From a virus: a stretch of 64,000 nt of DNA. Below, in pieces: positions 20,017-29,387 of this stretch (position 1 is its first letter; each line of letters begins with the position of its first letter). The notes beneath the pieces are model-generated. The model worked only from the letters and a program-made list of their open reading frames with translations. It was not told the origin of the DNA and made no database searches. The position numbers and the translations under genes were made by a program. The stretch covers positions 32,001 through 96,000 of the IMG/VR virus record IMGVR_UViG_3300047476_000521; one strand, 5' to 3'.

Positions 20017-22737
20017 TTGGCTCTTACTAATACGACTACAACAACAGTAACTACTACTAATACTCAAGATGGAACTAAATTAGTAGTTTCAACTAATGAG
20101 ACTAAAAAGACTATTGGTAATTACGTTACTGATGTTTCTATTCAGCCATACATTAAAAATAGAGTTGTTTCTTTTTATGCATATAATATGCGTCCAGGAA
20201 GAAGATTACACGTATTTTTTGATAGCGTAAACGTTGATGCATACTGCGCTCCTGGCGAAAGAATTGTCAGCGGAAATACTGCTATCAACAACACTTATCC
20301 AGTACCATCTGATACTAGTAACTTTGCTTCAGTTACAAGAAGCGGCGATTGGGGAACAGCTATTTACAGCGATCCTCAGGGTAGAGTTGCGGGTCAGTTT
20401 AATATTCCTGAATCTGTATTCAAAACAGGCGATAGAACTTTTCAGCTAGTTGACGTTGACTCTATTGCTCGAGGCAATGACGCTGTCACTACAGTTTCTT
20501 CTGCTACATTCACAGCATCTAATATGAATGTAACTAAGGAAAACCTTACTCTAACTACTGTTAATCCTGATCTAGGATTTCTTCCTGTATCTAACACTAT
20601 AGTTAACGTTGATACTACAGTAGAAGTTGTAGTAACTCCTGATAATATTACCACTCTTCCACCACCGCCTCCTCCGCCACCAATATTCTTCCCCGAGCCA
20701 GTTGCTCAGGCTTTGTCAATTAACACTCCTAATGGCGAAACTGGAATTTATGCAACTTCTATTGATGTTTTCTTTAAACAGAAAGCTTTGATTGCAGAAC
20801 ATGGCATAACTCTTTATCTTTGCGAAACTATCAACGGTTATCCTAATGGAAGAGCTGTACTTCCTTTTTCTAAGGTCCATAAAACATATTACGAAGTAAA
20901 CACCAGCGATGACGCAAGCGTTGCTACCAGATTTACTTTCGAATCTCCTGTATTCTTGACTAACAAACAGCTTTATGCTTTCGTTCTTAGACCTGATAAT
21001 AACGATCAGGACTATCAAGTTTGGACTGCTGAACTTGGCGACACTGACGTTAAAACTGGTTACCAAGTATTCAGTCAGCCAGTAATGGGAACTGCTTTTT
21101 ATGGAGCAACTGAACAGCAATGGACTGCTCTTCAGACTGAATATGTTAAGTTTACTTTGAACAGAGCTAGATTCAATTCACAAAGAGGTCAAGCAGTATT
21201 CTACAATACTAATACTGAGTTTATTCCTGTTACTGGATTGACATATTCAAACACTTCTGTTTCTATTCTGTCAGGCGATTATGTATTCGAATCTACAACA
21301 TCAAGTCCAACTACAGCCAATACTTCAGTAAGAGGCGTAATTGATTATTATGACGATTTAAATAATATTTTTCACTGCGAGAATTCTACCGGTAACTTTA
21401 CCGTCAACAGAATGGTTCAGGTTCATAGATTCAGTAATTCGACTATAACACCAAACACCTCAACTATTATAGCTTATGCTAATACATCATCTATGTATAA
21501 TCCTGGTATTAATGCGATCGTACCTCAGTTTGCGTATATTACTCCTCCTGGAACTTCGCTAGAATATTACTACAGAGGAACTTCTAATGCCTACGCAGTT
21601 GATACAGCAGAGTATAAAGTAACTTCTGGTTATGATTACGAGTTCTACGACAGAGAAAGAATTGTCGCGAGTAAGACAAACGAATTGAATAATATGTCTG
21701 GCAACAAATCTATGATGTTGAAGGGCGTAATGATTTCCGATAGTGAATTTTTATCACCAGCTATCGATACTGTTAGATACCAGCAGCTTGTTTTGAAAAA
21801 TGATATTGATCCTATAGCTTTTGAATATGACGAATTTTTCAATAATGGTGTTACTAAATCAAAATATATTTCTAGAGTCGTAACATTAGCTCCAGGCCAA
21901 GATGCTGAAGATTTACAAGTTATTCTCACAGCTTTCAGACCTATAGGTTCAGATATCGAAGTTTGGGTTAAATTCTTAAACGGCGAAGATGGCGAACCTA
22001 TAAATCAGAAAACATGGACTCCACTCTATAATCTAGGTCAGAATAATTATTCCGATCCAAGTAACCCATCAGATTTCAGAGAATACGCTTTTGCTGTTTC
22101 AAGTTATTATAGACCTCTTCAGCTTGAAGGAACTGTAACAGTTTCAGGAACCACAGTCACTGGAGTAAATACTAAATTCCTTACTGAATTGAGCCCAGGT
22201 TGGTTCGTATCGTTCATACCTCCTGCAACAGCAGGTTTCAGAGAACAACAGAGAAGAATTGTAAGTATAGCAAGCAACACTTCTTTGACAGTAGCTTCTA
22301 ATTTTATTGGAACATATACTACTGCAACTACAATGTATTTGGCTCCACCTTCTACTGTCGCTTGGTCAGGAAAAGCTGATACTACTGCTCTTACTGGTAC
22401 AGTAACAACTAGCACTACTAACAACAGTATTATCGGAAGTTCTACTCTATTTACTACTGAGTTGGCCGCTGGTTCTATTATTAGTATCGCTGGCGATCAA
22501 CAAACTGTAGTTTCAATATCTAATTCTACTTTCTTGACAGTAGGAACTCCATGGTCTTCAGCTGTTTCTGGAGCAAACGCTTCAGTCGTGGTAAACCCTG
22601 GACTAAGTTATTATAATTCTTCTAGAAGTTTGTTTACTTCTTTCAGGCAGTTCCAAATTAAGATTATCCTAAGATCTAACGATAGTTCTAAAGTTCCGAT
22701 TATCGACGATCTTAGAGCTCTAGCGATGCAGTTGTAA
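20017..22737 (+). CDS. Large virion structural protein, VrlC/DUF4815-like, C-terminal part
   Basis: VSIQPYI..R...F.A..MRP..R...FFD; EP.AQ; C-terminal F..FQIKIIL.S.....VP.I.DLRA.A. Confidence 0.85.
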   Translation: MALTNTTTTTVTTTNTQDGTKLVVSTNETKKTIGNYVTDVSIQPYIKNRVVSFYAYNMRPGRRLHVFFDSVNVDAYCAPGERIVSGNTAINNTYPVPSDTSNFASVTRSGDWGTAIYSDPQGRVAGQFNIPESVFKTGDRTFQLVDVDSIARGNDAVTTVSSATFTASNMNVTKENLTLTTVNPDLGFLPVSNTIVNVDTTVEVVVTPDNITTLPPPPPPPPIFFPEPVAQALSINTPNGETGIYATSIDVFFKQKALIAEHGITLYLCETINGYPNGRAVLPFSKVHKTYYEVNTSDDASVATRFTFESPVFLTNKQLYAFVLRPDNNDQDYQVWTAELGDTDVKTGYQVFSQPVMGTAFYGATEQQWTALQTEYVKFTLNRARFNSQRGQAVFYNTNTEFIPVTGLTYSNTSVSILSGDYVFESTTSSPTTANTSVRGVIDYYDDLNNIFHCENSTGNFTVNRMVQVHRFSNSTITPNTSTIIAYANTSSMYNPGINAIVPQFAYITPPGTSLEYYYRGTSNAYAVDTAEYKVTSGYDYEFYDRERIVASKTNELNNMSGNKSMMLKGVMISDSEFLSPAIDTVRYQQLVLKNDIDPIAFEYDEFFNNGVTKSKYISRVVTLAPGQDAEDLQVILTAFRPIGSDIEVWVKFLNGEDGEPINQKTWTPLYNLGQNNYSDPSNPSDFREYAFAVSSYYRPLQLEGTVTVSGTTVTGVNTKFLTELSPGWFVSFIPPATAGFREQQRRIVSIASNTSLTVASNFIGTYTTATTMYLAPPSTVAWSGKADTTALTGTVTTSTTNNSIIGSSTLFTTELAAGSIISIAGDQQTVVSISNSTFLTVGTPWSSAVSGANASVVVNPGLSYYNSSRSLFTSFRQFQIKIILRSNDSSKVPIIDDLRALAMQL

Positions 22738-22738
22738 A

Positions 22739-22954
22739 ATGAATAATAAATACTATAAAACGGATTTCGAAGGCTTAGTAAAAGACCCTGATAGTGGAGC
22801 CGTTCTCAACGTAGATAATGTTAAATTAGAAGCTTATAAAAAGCATAAACTGGCTCTTGAAGCCAGTTCTAAAAACGTTGAAAGAATTAATAAAGTTGAG
22901 AATGATATAAAAGAGATCAAAGAAATGCTCAGCCAATTAATAAAGAGAAACTAA
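22739..22954 (+). CDS. Conserved small protein following the VrlC-like gene
   Basis: LVKDP.SGA.LN.D...Y, then a coiled coil ending EIKEML..LI. Confidence 0.75.
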   Translation: MNNKYYKTDFEGLVKDPDSGAVLNVDNVKLEAYKKHKLALEASSKNVERINKVENDIKEIKEMLSQLIKRN

Positions 22955-22957
22955 TAA

Positions 22958-25900
22958 ATGACAGTTTTAATTGCAAATACAGCAAATAACAATACTTTCG
23001 ATTATTGGCGCAATAGAACCAACGAACTAGCATATGCTATGTCAGTGTATGCTGTCACAGCAAACGGTTCTAATGCAGCTGTTGGTAATGCTGCAATTAC
23101 TGGAATGTTTAGTGCGAATTCTTTGATCCTTACTCATAATGCGAACGTTGGAACTTATATCTCTGTAGGTAATTTTAGTGCCGCAGAATCCAATTCAGCT
23201 TATGTCAATACAACATTTATGCATGTTGGTAACGTTTCTGTAAATTCTACAGTAAACGCCATTGCTATGAAAACTTTCAACGTTTACGTTGGTTCTAATG
23301 TTGTTGTAAACACCTCTCAACTTTTTATAGGCGAAAGTGTAACTAACACAGTTCACGATAAGTGGCGTATAGTATTTCATGGTAACAGCACTGTCAATAC
23401 TGTCGCCAATTCTACCACAGTTCAAATCACAAAAGATGCTATTTCTTCTGTTCTTACCTTTGATACTTTGTGGGTAGGTAACAGCGTTATTAATGCTACA
23501 ATGGTAACGACAGCTAACGTAGAACCTACTGGTTTTACAGCTAATACTACTACATTCATGCTTGGACCTAATGTATATGCCAATAACACTACATTGGTTT
23601 TGGGTTATACATCGACTTCAAACGTTCTTTCTAACTCAACTTTTATTGATGTTAGAAGTCCAACTGGTAACGTAAAGATTAACTCTACTTTGATTAGCCT
23701 AGCTAATTCTTCTAGCGTAGCTAACCTTGCATCTGATTATTTACGTATTGGTAATTCTTACGTAAATAGTACTATTATTACTACTGGTAACGTAACAGTA
23801 AACACAACTGCTATTGTTGTTGGTAATTTAAATTCTCCTGTTGTTGCTATAACAGCAAGAGCGAATAACGTAACAGCTATTGGAGCAGAATCTAATTCTA
23901 ACATTGCTCTTTCCGGTAGATCAAACAGTTCTACTGGCGTTTATGGTATTTCTGTCAGTGGTTATGGTGTTTCTGGTATATCTAATTCTTCTATCGCTGT
24001 CTATGGTGTATCTAATACCAATTGGGCTGGTTATTTTGTTTCTAATACCGGTAATCCGTTTTACGTAGGTAATGCCACAATAGAATTCGCAAGAATTACA
24101 TCTGGTGGTCGTTTAGGTATAGGTAACAGCAACCCAACTCACGACCTTTCTGTTAACGGAACTATATTTGCTCTTACTTCCGTAGCAGTTTCGGGTAACT
24201 TCTTAACAAATACCAGCGGAATTTACCATACTGGTACAGCTAATGTAAACACTCTTACTTCTGGTTCTAATAGCGGAACAGCCACTGCCATAACAGGTTA
24301 CTCTGGTTCTTTGTATGGTGTTTATGGTATATCAAATACTTCTTTTGGTGTATATGGTTTTTCAAATTCTTCTTATGGCGTTTATGGCGTATCAAATACT
24401 TCTACAGGCGTTGATGGTAGATCTACCAGCGGCTACGGCGGTTCGTTTATTTCGACCAGCGGTTTGCCTCTATACGCAGGTAATAACACTACAGAATTTT
24501 TCAGAGTAACACCAACAGGTAATGTCGGCGTTGGATCAGGTTCTTCTTCAGATTCTAAATTCAGAGTTTACGATGCTACAACTAATACTGGCATTAGAAT
24601 AACATTCAACGGTACTAGCGTTCATTATTATGACGCTAATACTCATTATTTTAGAGACACCGCTGGTAATATAAGAGTTACTTCTAATACTACTGGTGTT
24701 GGTATTGGTAATACAACATATACAGATATGTTGGCTGTTGGTGGTTCAGTTTATTTCGGAACAACTCTTCAAGTTGTTACTAGTGTAAATTCTGCTGCTC
24801 ATACAGTTGGAACAGCGTCAATTGTAAACGCTACAGGTTTCTGGACAACAGGAACAACTAACGCTGCTGTACTATCTGTAGGTTCTGCGGTAATAGGTAA
24901 CACTAGCGGTCTATTCGTTGCTAACTCTCTAAACACTAACAACGTTAATGTTGGAGCAGGAACTTCTAATTCAGTAGTAAACTCGACCGCTCTTATCGTA
25001 AGAAACGTTTCTACTTCTACAATTGTTAATACTAGTATTATCCAAAGCACTGGTAACATTAATGTTTCTGGAGCAGCAATTCAGCTTGGTACAGCTGGTG
25101 GATATGCTAATATTGCTGGTAATATGTATGTAAGAGATTCTCTATACGTTACAACAAGCGTAAATTCCGCTAGTTATACTGTAGGAACTGCGACTATCGT
25201 AAATACTGCTGGTTTCTGGACTACAGGAACAACTAACGCTGCTGTTCTATCAGTAGGATCTGCAGTAATAGGTAACACTAGCGGTCTATTTGTTTCTAAT
25301 TCAGTCAATACCAATACTGTAAACCTTGGCGCAGGATCTTCTAACTCAGTAGTAAATTCTACTGCTTTGATTGTTAGAAATTCTTCTACATCAACTATAG
25401 TCAATACAAGTATTATACAGAGTAGCGGTAACGTTAATATTTCTGGAGCCGCTGTCCAACTTGGCGTAGCTGGAGGTTATGCCAACGTCGCTGGCGATAT
25501 GTTCGTCAGAGGAAATCTACAAGTAAGCGGTAATTTAACATACACTGGCGTTGCTACTGGCGATATTAATCCATTCGGTAATAATTTCAACCTAGGTAAT
25601 TTAACTAATCGTTGGGGATTATTCGCTGGAGCCATTGTTGCTTCTGCAAATATTACAACATCTCATAGCTTGTTGGTAAATAATCAGATTGTTCTTGGTA
25701 ATACATCAACAACATCATATATTACGATTGTTCCTCCGAACAATACAGAGAGAACTCAGGGTAACACTTTCCTAAGCGCCAACGGTTCTTGGGGAGCCCT
25801 ACCAACATTACCAATTTCAAATAGCTCTGTTACTACTACCGGAACTAGTGCACAAGTTATCGATAGCGTTCTACTTTCAACAAATGATGCATACGAGTGG

Positions 25901-26122
25901 TTAATTAATGTAATCGATAATGTGACAACAGGAAGAAGACACGCTACGAAAATTATCGCTACATGTAATTCTTCCGCCATGGTTGGTACTGAATACGCAA
26001 CAATATTTAATGTTGCCTCTCTTGGAACGTTTACAGTTACTTCAAACGCTACTCATGGTATTGTCCAATATACTCCAGTGCCATCTTCTACTACAGTAGC
26101 ATTTACTAGGATTAACGCATAA
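22958..26122 (+). CDS. Proximal tail fibre-like protein (1054 aa, N/S/T/V/G-rich)
   Basis: N-terminal TFDYWR..TNEL; GVYG.SN repeats; 125-aa internal duplication; C-terminal beta-rich domain (..TEYATI...LGTF..). Confidence 0.75.
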   Translation: MTVLIANTANNNTFDYWRNRTNELAYAMSVYAVTANGSNAAVGNAAITGMFSANSLILTHNANVGTYISVGNFSAAESNSAYVNTTFMHVGNVSVNSTVNAIAMKTFNVYVGSNVVVNTSQLFIGESVTNTVHDKWRIVFHGNSTVNTVANSTTVQITKDAISSVLTFDTLWVGNSVINATMVTTANVEPTGFTANTTTFMLGPNVYANNTTLVLGYTSTSNVLSNSTFIDVRSPTGNVKINSTLISLANSSSVANLASDYLRIGNSYVNSTIITTGNVTVNTTAIVVGNLNSPVVAITARANNVTAIGAESNSNIALSGRSNSSTGVYGISVSGYGVSGISNSSIAVYGVSNTNWAGYFVSNTGNPFYVGNATIEFARITSGGRLGIGNSNPTHDLSVNGTIFALTSVAVSGNFLTNTSGIYHTGTANVNTLTSGSNSGTATAITGYSGSLYGVYGISNTSFGVYGFSNSSYGVYGVSNTSTGVDGRSTSGYGGSFISTSGLPLYAGNNTTEFFRVTPTGNVGVGSGSSSDSKFRVYDATTNTGIRITFNGTSVHYYDANTHYFRDTAGNIRVTSNTTGVGIGNTTYTDMLAVGGSVYFGTTLQVVTSVNSAAHTVGTASIVNATGFWTTGTTNAAVLSVGSAVIGNTSGLFVANSLNTNNVNVGAGTSNSVVNSTALIVRNVSTSTIVNTSIIQSTGNINVSGAAIQLGTAGGYANIAGNMYVRDSLYVTTSVNSASYTVGTATIVNTAGFWTTGTTNAAVLSVGSAVIGNTSGLFVSNSVNTNTVNLGAGSSNSVVNSTALIVRNSSTSTIVNTSIIQSSGNVNISGAAVQLGVAGGYANVAGDMFVRGNLQVSGNLTYTGVATGDINPFGNNFNLGNLTNRWGLFAGAIVASANITTSHSLLVNNQIVLGNTSTTSYITIVPPNNTERTQGNTFLSANGSWGALPTLPISNSSVTTTGTSAQVIDSVLLSTNDAYEWLINVIDNVTTGRRHATKIIATCNSSAMVGTEYATIFNVASLGTFTVTSNATHGIVQYTPVPSSTTVAFTRINA
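24775..25525 (+). repeat. Intragenic tandem duplication, 375 bp period (125 aa), diverged
   Basis: GFWTTGTTNAAVLSVGSAVIGNTSGLFV occurs twice; DNA anchors at 24841 and 25216; boundaries approximate. Confidence 0.9.
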
Positions 26123-26454
26123 TGGCAACAAAGGCTAACCTAGTCATAGATCAAGGTACAACTTTTAGTGTTGATCTAGATCTAACAGACGATAACGGCG
26201 ATGCACTTGGATTGGATGGATTTACCGCTAACGCTCAACTTAGAAAGTGGTATACTTCTTCTAATTCTACAGCTTTCGCGACATCTATAAACACTTCTTC
26301 TGGCCAGATATCTTTGTCTCTTACAGCTAATCAGACTGGGTTATTAACAGCTGGTAGATACGTTTATGACGTAGAATTAACACAATCTTCCACTAACGCT
26401 ATCTCTAGAGTTGTTGAAGGTATAGTAACTGTGACACCACAAGTAACGAGATAA
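26122..26454 (+). CDS. Small virion structural/adaptor protein
   Basis: ANLVIDQGTTFS...AQLRKW...LT..QT..L.AGRYVYDV...RVVEG.VTVTP.VT pattern common in T4-like fibre loci. Confidence 0.8.
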   Translation: MATKANLVIDQGTTFSVDLDLTDDNGDALGLDGFTANAQLRKWYTSSNSTAFATSINTSSGQISLSLTANQTGLLTAGRYVYDVELTQSSTNAISRVVEGIVTVTPQVTR

Positions 26455-26457
26455 TAG

Positions 26458-26727
26458 ATGGTAAACGTCGTTGTATCGAGAAAAAGAAACGTAAGAATTT
26501 CAACAAACGCCACAGCTGGCGTTATCGACACAACCACGCCAGTGACGCTTAAAAATATTCCAACTATTGCATCTGGCGTTGATACCATCGACGAATTGAG
26601 AGACGTAGGAGTTTCTCAAAGATCCGAAGGTTCTACATTAGTTTATGATGTTACGACCGACACATATCAAGTGAAACAATTGACTTTTGGTTTTATTGAC
26701 GGCGATTTGGATGGTGGAGTTTTTTAA
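26458..26727 (+). CDS. Small fibre adaptor ending in LDGGVF
   Basis: L.DV......GS.LVYD...Y motif and terminal DGG.F. Confidence 0.7.
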   Translation: MVNVVVSRKRNVRISTNATAGVIDTTTPVTLKNIPTIASGVDTIDELRDVGVSQRSEGSTLVYDVTTDTYQVKQLTFGFIDGDLDGGVF

Positions 26728-26729
26728 TC

Positions 26730-26737
26730 AATAAATA
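26730..26737 (+). promoter_or_regulatory. Late promoter variant (AATAAATA)
   Basis: Intergenic, about 30 nt upstream of the 26767 ATG. Confidence 0.65.
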
Positions 26738-26766
26738 TATAAAAATTTCAAGGGAGCCCTGTTTAA

Positions 26767-28419
26767 ATGGCCAATAATAGAATTCAAATCAAAAGATCGG
26801 TAGCTAATGCTACGGTGTCAGGTCTATCTAACGGCGAATTGGCCTTTACTCAAGCCAGTAACACGTTACACATAGGACTTCCCGACGGCACTGGCGTACT
26901 AAGAATTGGTGGCGCTCAGTATCCAGGCGTATTAACTAATAATCAGGCTCTCGTTGCAAACGCAACAGGCGGTATAGATAAAGTTATCGTCGCAAATGCT
27001 GTTGTAACATCTCTAGTCGCTAATGGCTCTGCTGGTTCAAACGGTCAGGTTCTTGTTACAAACGGTTCTGCTGTTTACTGGGGTACTGGTACTTCTGGCG
27101 CTAATACTTATGTTCAGTTTAACGACTCCGGAGTTGCTAATGGCGTCTCTGGGTTTACCTTTGATAAAGTTACCAACACTCTTTATACTGCCAATAATGT
27201 TTGGACAAGTTTTGTCAACGCATCAGCAATAACTATTGGTAGCTCTCTTGTTACGAACTCTACAGGCCTTTATCACACTGGAACAGTCAACGCAGCAGTT
27301 CTTTCTACCGCAGGAAATCTAGCTAATACTTCTGGTGTTTATCCTGTATCTAACACTGTAGGTTCTGAGTTAGGTCGCGACGACGAACGTTGGATCGTAA
27401 AAGCCAACACAATACACGCTTCAGGATTGATTAATGGTAACAGCGGCCTTATTATAGAAGGCACTACAAATACCTCTGTTGCATTTAACATTCCAACTTC
27501 TTTTGTTGCTAACAGTTCTGGCCTTTATCACACTGGAACAGTCAATTCTACATCTTTCAATGTAGGTAACACTACTACTGGTGTTGGAGGCGTTTACGCT
27601 AATTCTACTACTGTGGTGGTAGGAAACTCTTCAGTAAACACTCAGATTACACAGGGCGTTATCAAAGTTAACGATAACGACGTAGTTGCTAATTCTTCTG
27701 GAGTGTTTGTTGAAAATACTGTTAACGCTCTATCTTACTCTATTGGCACTGCCTATACTGTAAACAGCACATCTCTAGTTTATACTGGCGAGTCAGTTAA
27801 TGCGACTTCAGCAACCCTAAACGTAAGAGATGCAAACATCACTGGAAACCTTTTCGTTTCTGGTGCTGTTGTTACAGTTAACGTTTCAACTATTCAAGTT
27901 AACGACAATATTATCGAGCTTGCGTATAATAATAACCAGACTGACTTAGTTGATACTGGCTGGTATTCTCCAGCAGGTAATAATACCAATGTTTGGTATT
28001 CTGGTCTTGTTCGTGTTGCTGGTGGTTCTTCTGCTGGCAATCCTTACTTTAAGCTTTTCTCAACATCAGTTAACCCAAATACATCTACAACAGTAGATAT
28101 TAATGCTGCTACTGGAACTCTTCAAGCATATCTAGCTCCATACGGTATTAATGGCGCTCTAGTTGCTAATAGCTCTAACGTTCAAATCACAGCTAACAGC
28201 ACCCTTGGTGTTAACTTTGTTGCCAACAGCCTAACTTTATCTACCGCTCTAGCTGGAACAGAAGGTGGTACTGGTTATAAGACTTCAGAGAATCAGTCTA
28301 TCCTTGTGGGTAATGCAACAAATGGATATAACAAATTATCATTAGGTTCTGAAGGATACGTTCTACAGTCTAATGGATCTGCTCTACTTTACGACTACCT
28401 TGATGGTGGTAGTTTCTAA
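26767..28419 (+). CDS. Tail fibre segment (550 aa) with an Mtd-N-like N-terminus and LDGGSF C-terminus
   Basis: IQIKRS......L.NGELA N-terminus; V.DN.IEL motif; exact 26-bp internal repeat at 27265-27290 and 27520-27545. Confidence 0.78.
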   Translation: MANNRIQIKRSVANATVSGLSNGELAFTQASNTLHIGLPDGTGVLRIGGAQYPGVLTNNQALVANATGGIDKVIVANAVVTSLVANGSAGSNGQVLVTNGSAVYWGTGTSGANTYVQFNDSGVANGVSGFTFDKVTNTLYTANNVWTSFVNASAITIGSSLVTNSTGLYHTGTVNAAVLSTAGNLANTSGVYPVSNTVGSELGRDDERWIVKANTIHASGLINGNSGLIIEGTTNTSVAFNIPTSFVANSSGLYHTGTVNSTSFNVGNTTTGVGGVYANSTTVVVGNSSVNTQITQGVIKVNDNDVVANSSGVFVENTVNALSYSIGTAYTVNSTSLVYTGESVNATSATLNVRDANITGNLFVSGAVVTVNVSTIQVNDNIIELAYNNNQTDLVDTGWYSPAGNNTNVWYSGLVRVAGGSSAGNPYFKLFSTSVNPNTSTTVDINAATGTLQAYLAPYGINGALVANSSNVQITANSTLGVNFVANSLTLSTALAGTEGGTGYKTSENQSILVGNATNGYNKLSLGSEGYVLQSNGSALLYDYLDGGSF

Positions 28420-28437
28420 TACTTTTAGGAGTTAAAA

Positions 28438-28764
28438 ATGGCTATTGTATATGATTGGGTAATTTCACAATTAGAATGTTATACTGTAAAGGATAAACTT
28501 CCGGAAGTAGTATTCAACGTTCATTGGAGATATACTGCAAAAGACGGCGAATATTATGCCGATGTTTATGGTTCACAAGCTTTAAACGCTGACGATATTA
28601 CAGATTTTATTCCTTATGAAGAACTAACTAAGGAACAAGTAGTATTATGGTTAGAAGAAGCTATTGGAGAAGATAAAATAGCTTCGTTCCAATCTAGTCT
28701 ACAAGCTTCTATTGATTCGTTAAAGAATCCTCCAGTAGTAACTCCTCCTTTACCTTGGAATTAA
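28438..28764 (+). CDS. Small fibre-associated protein, paralog 1 of 3
   Basis: MAI.YDW.I, V.W, FIPYEELT.EQV..W, terminal PLPW. Confidence 0.75.
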   Translation: MAIVYDWVISQLECYTVKDKLPEVVFNVHWRYTAKDGEYYADVYGSQALNADDITDFIPYEELTKEQVVLWLEEAIGEDKIASFQSSLQASIDSLKNPPVVTPPLPWN

Positions 28765-28800
28765 TACTTCAACGTCACATATGAATTATACTGGAGATTT

Positions 28801-29349
28801 ATGATGGAGTCAAGCGAAAAAGTAACTGATAGAGAAAATTATTTAACAGCATATATCCAGAAACACGAAACATTGCTTCTGGAATATGTTAGAAAAAACG
28901 TAGATTTTGAAATTAAATTATTAGCTTATATGAGTTCTCTACAAGAGGCTAATAGGCGTATAGAAGAACTATCTTTACATTTAAATCAACAGACTGAGTT
29001 AGCCAGTCAAGCAACTCTTGGTGTTGAAAAACTTTCTATAGAAAAAAATCAACTGTTAGAAAAACAATCTTTTTATGAGTCTGAAATAAAAGACTTAGAG
29101 TCATCATTGTTGTCTAAAACAAAAGAGTTGGCTGCAGCCCTCGATGAATTGTCAGAGATTAAACAAAATAATAAAAATTCTTCTAAGCAAGTCGAAGAAA
29201 TTCGCAGGGAATTACAAAAACAAAACGAAGAACTAAATACTTTATATAGAGAAAACGAAGAGTTGAAAGGTAATTCAACTCAACCAAAAAAAGAAAATAA
29301 TGTAAAAAAGAAACCAGCCCAGGCAATATTGCCTCCGGACGAATTTTAA
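28801..29349 (+). CDS. Coiled-coil protein in the fibre locus (possible fibre chaperone)
   Basis: E/K/L/Q heptad-rich 182 aa; GGAG SD upstream. Confidence 0.7.
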   Translation: MMESSEKVTDRENYLTAYIQKHETLLLEYVRKNVDFEIKLLAYMSSLQEANRRIEELSLHLNQQTELASQATLGVEKLSIEKNQLLEKQSFYESEIKDLESSLLSKTKELAAALDELSEIKQNNKNSSKQVEEIRRELQKQNEELNTLYRENEELKGNSTQPKKENNVKKKPAQAILPPDEF

Positions 29350-29354
29350 TTTAA

Positions 29355-29370
29355 CTCAGTATATACTGAG
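29355..29370. promoter_or_regulatory. Perfect 16-bp palindrome CTCAGTATATACTGAG upstream of the fibre gene
   Basis: Sequence equals its own reverse complement; intergenic, ends 17 nt before the ATG; function unknown. Confidence 0.6.
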
Positions 29371-29387
29371 GTATTAGGGAGCCTAGA

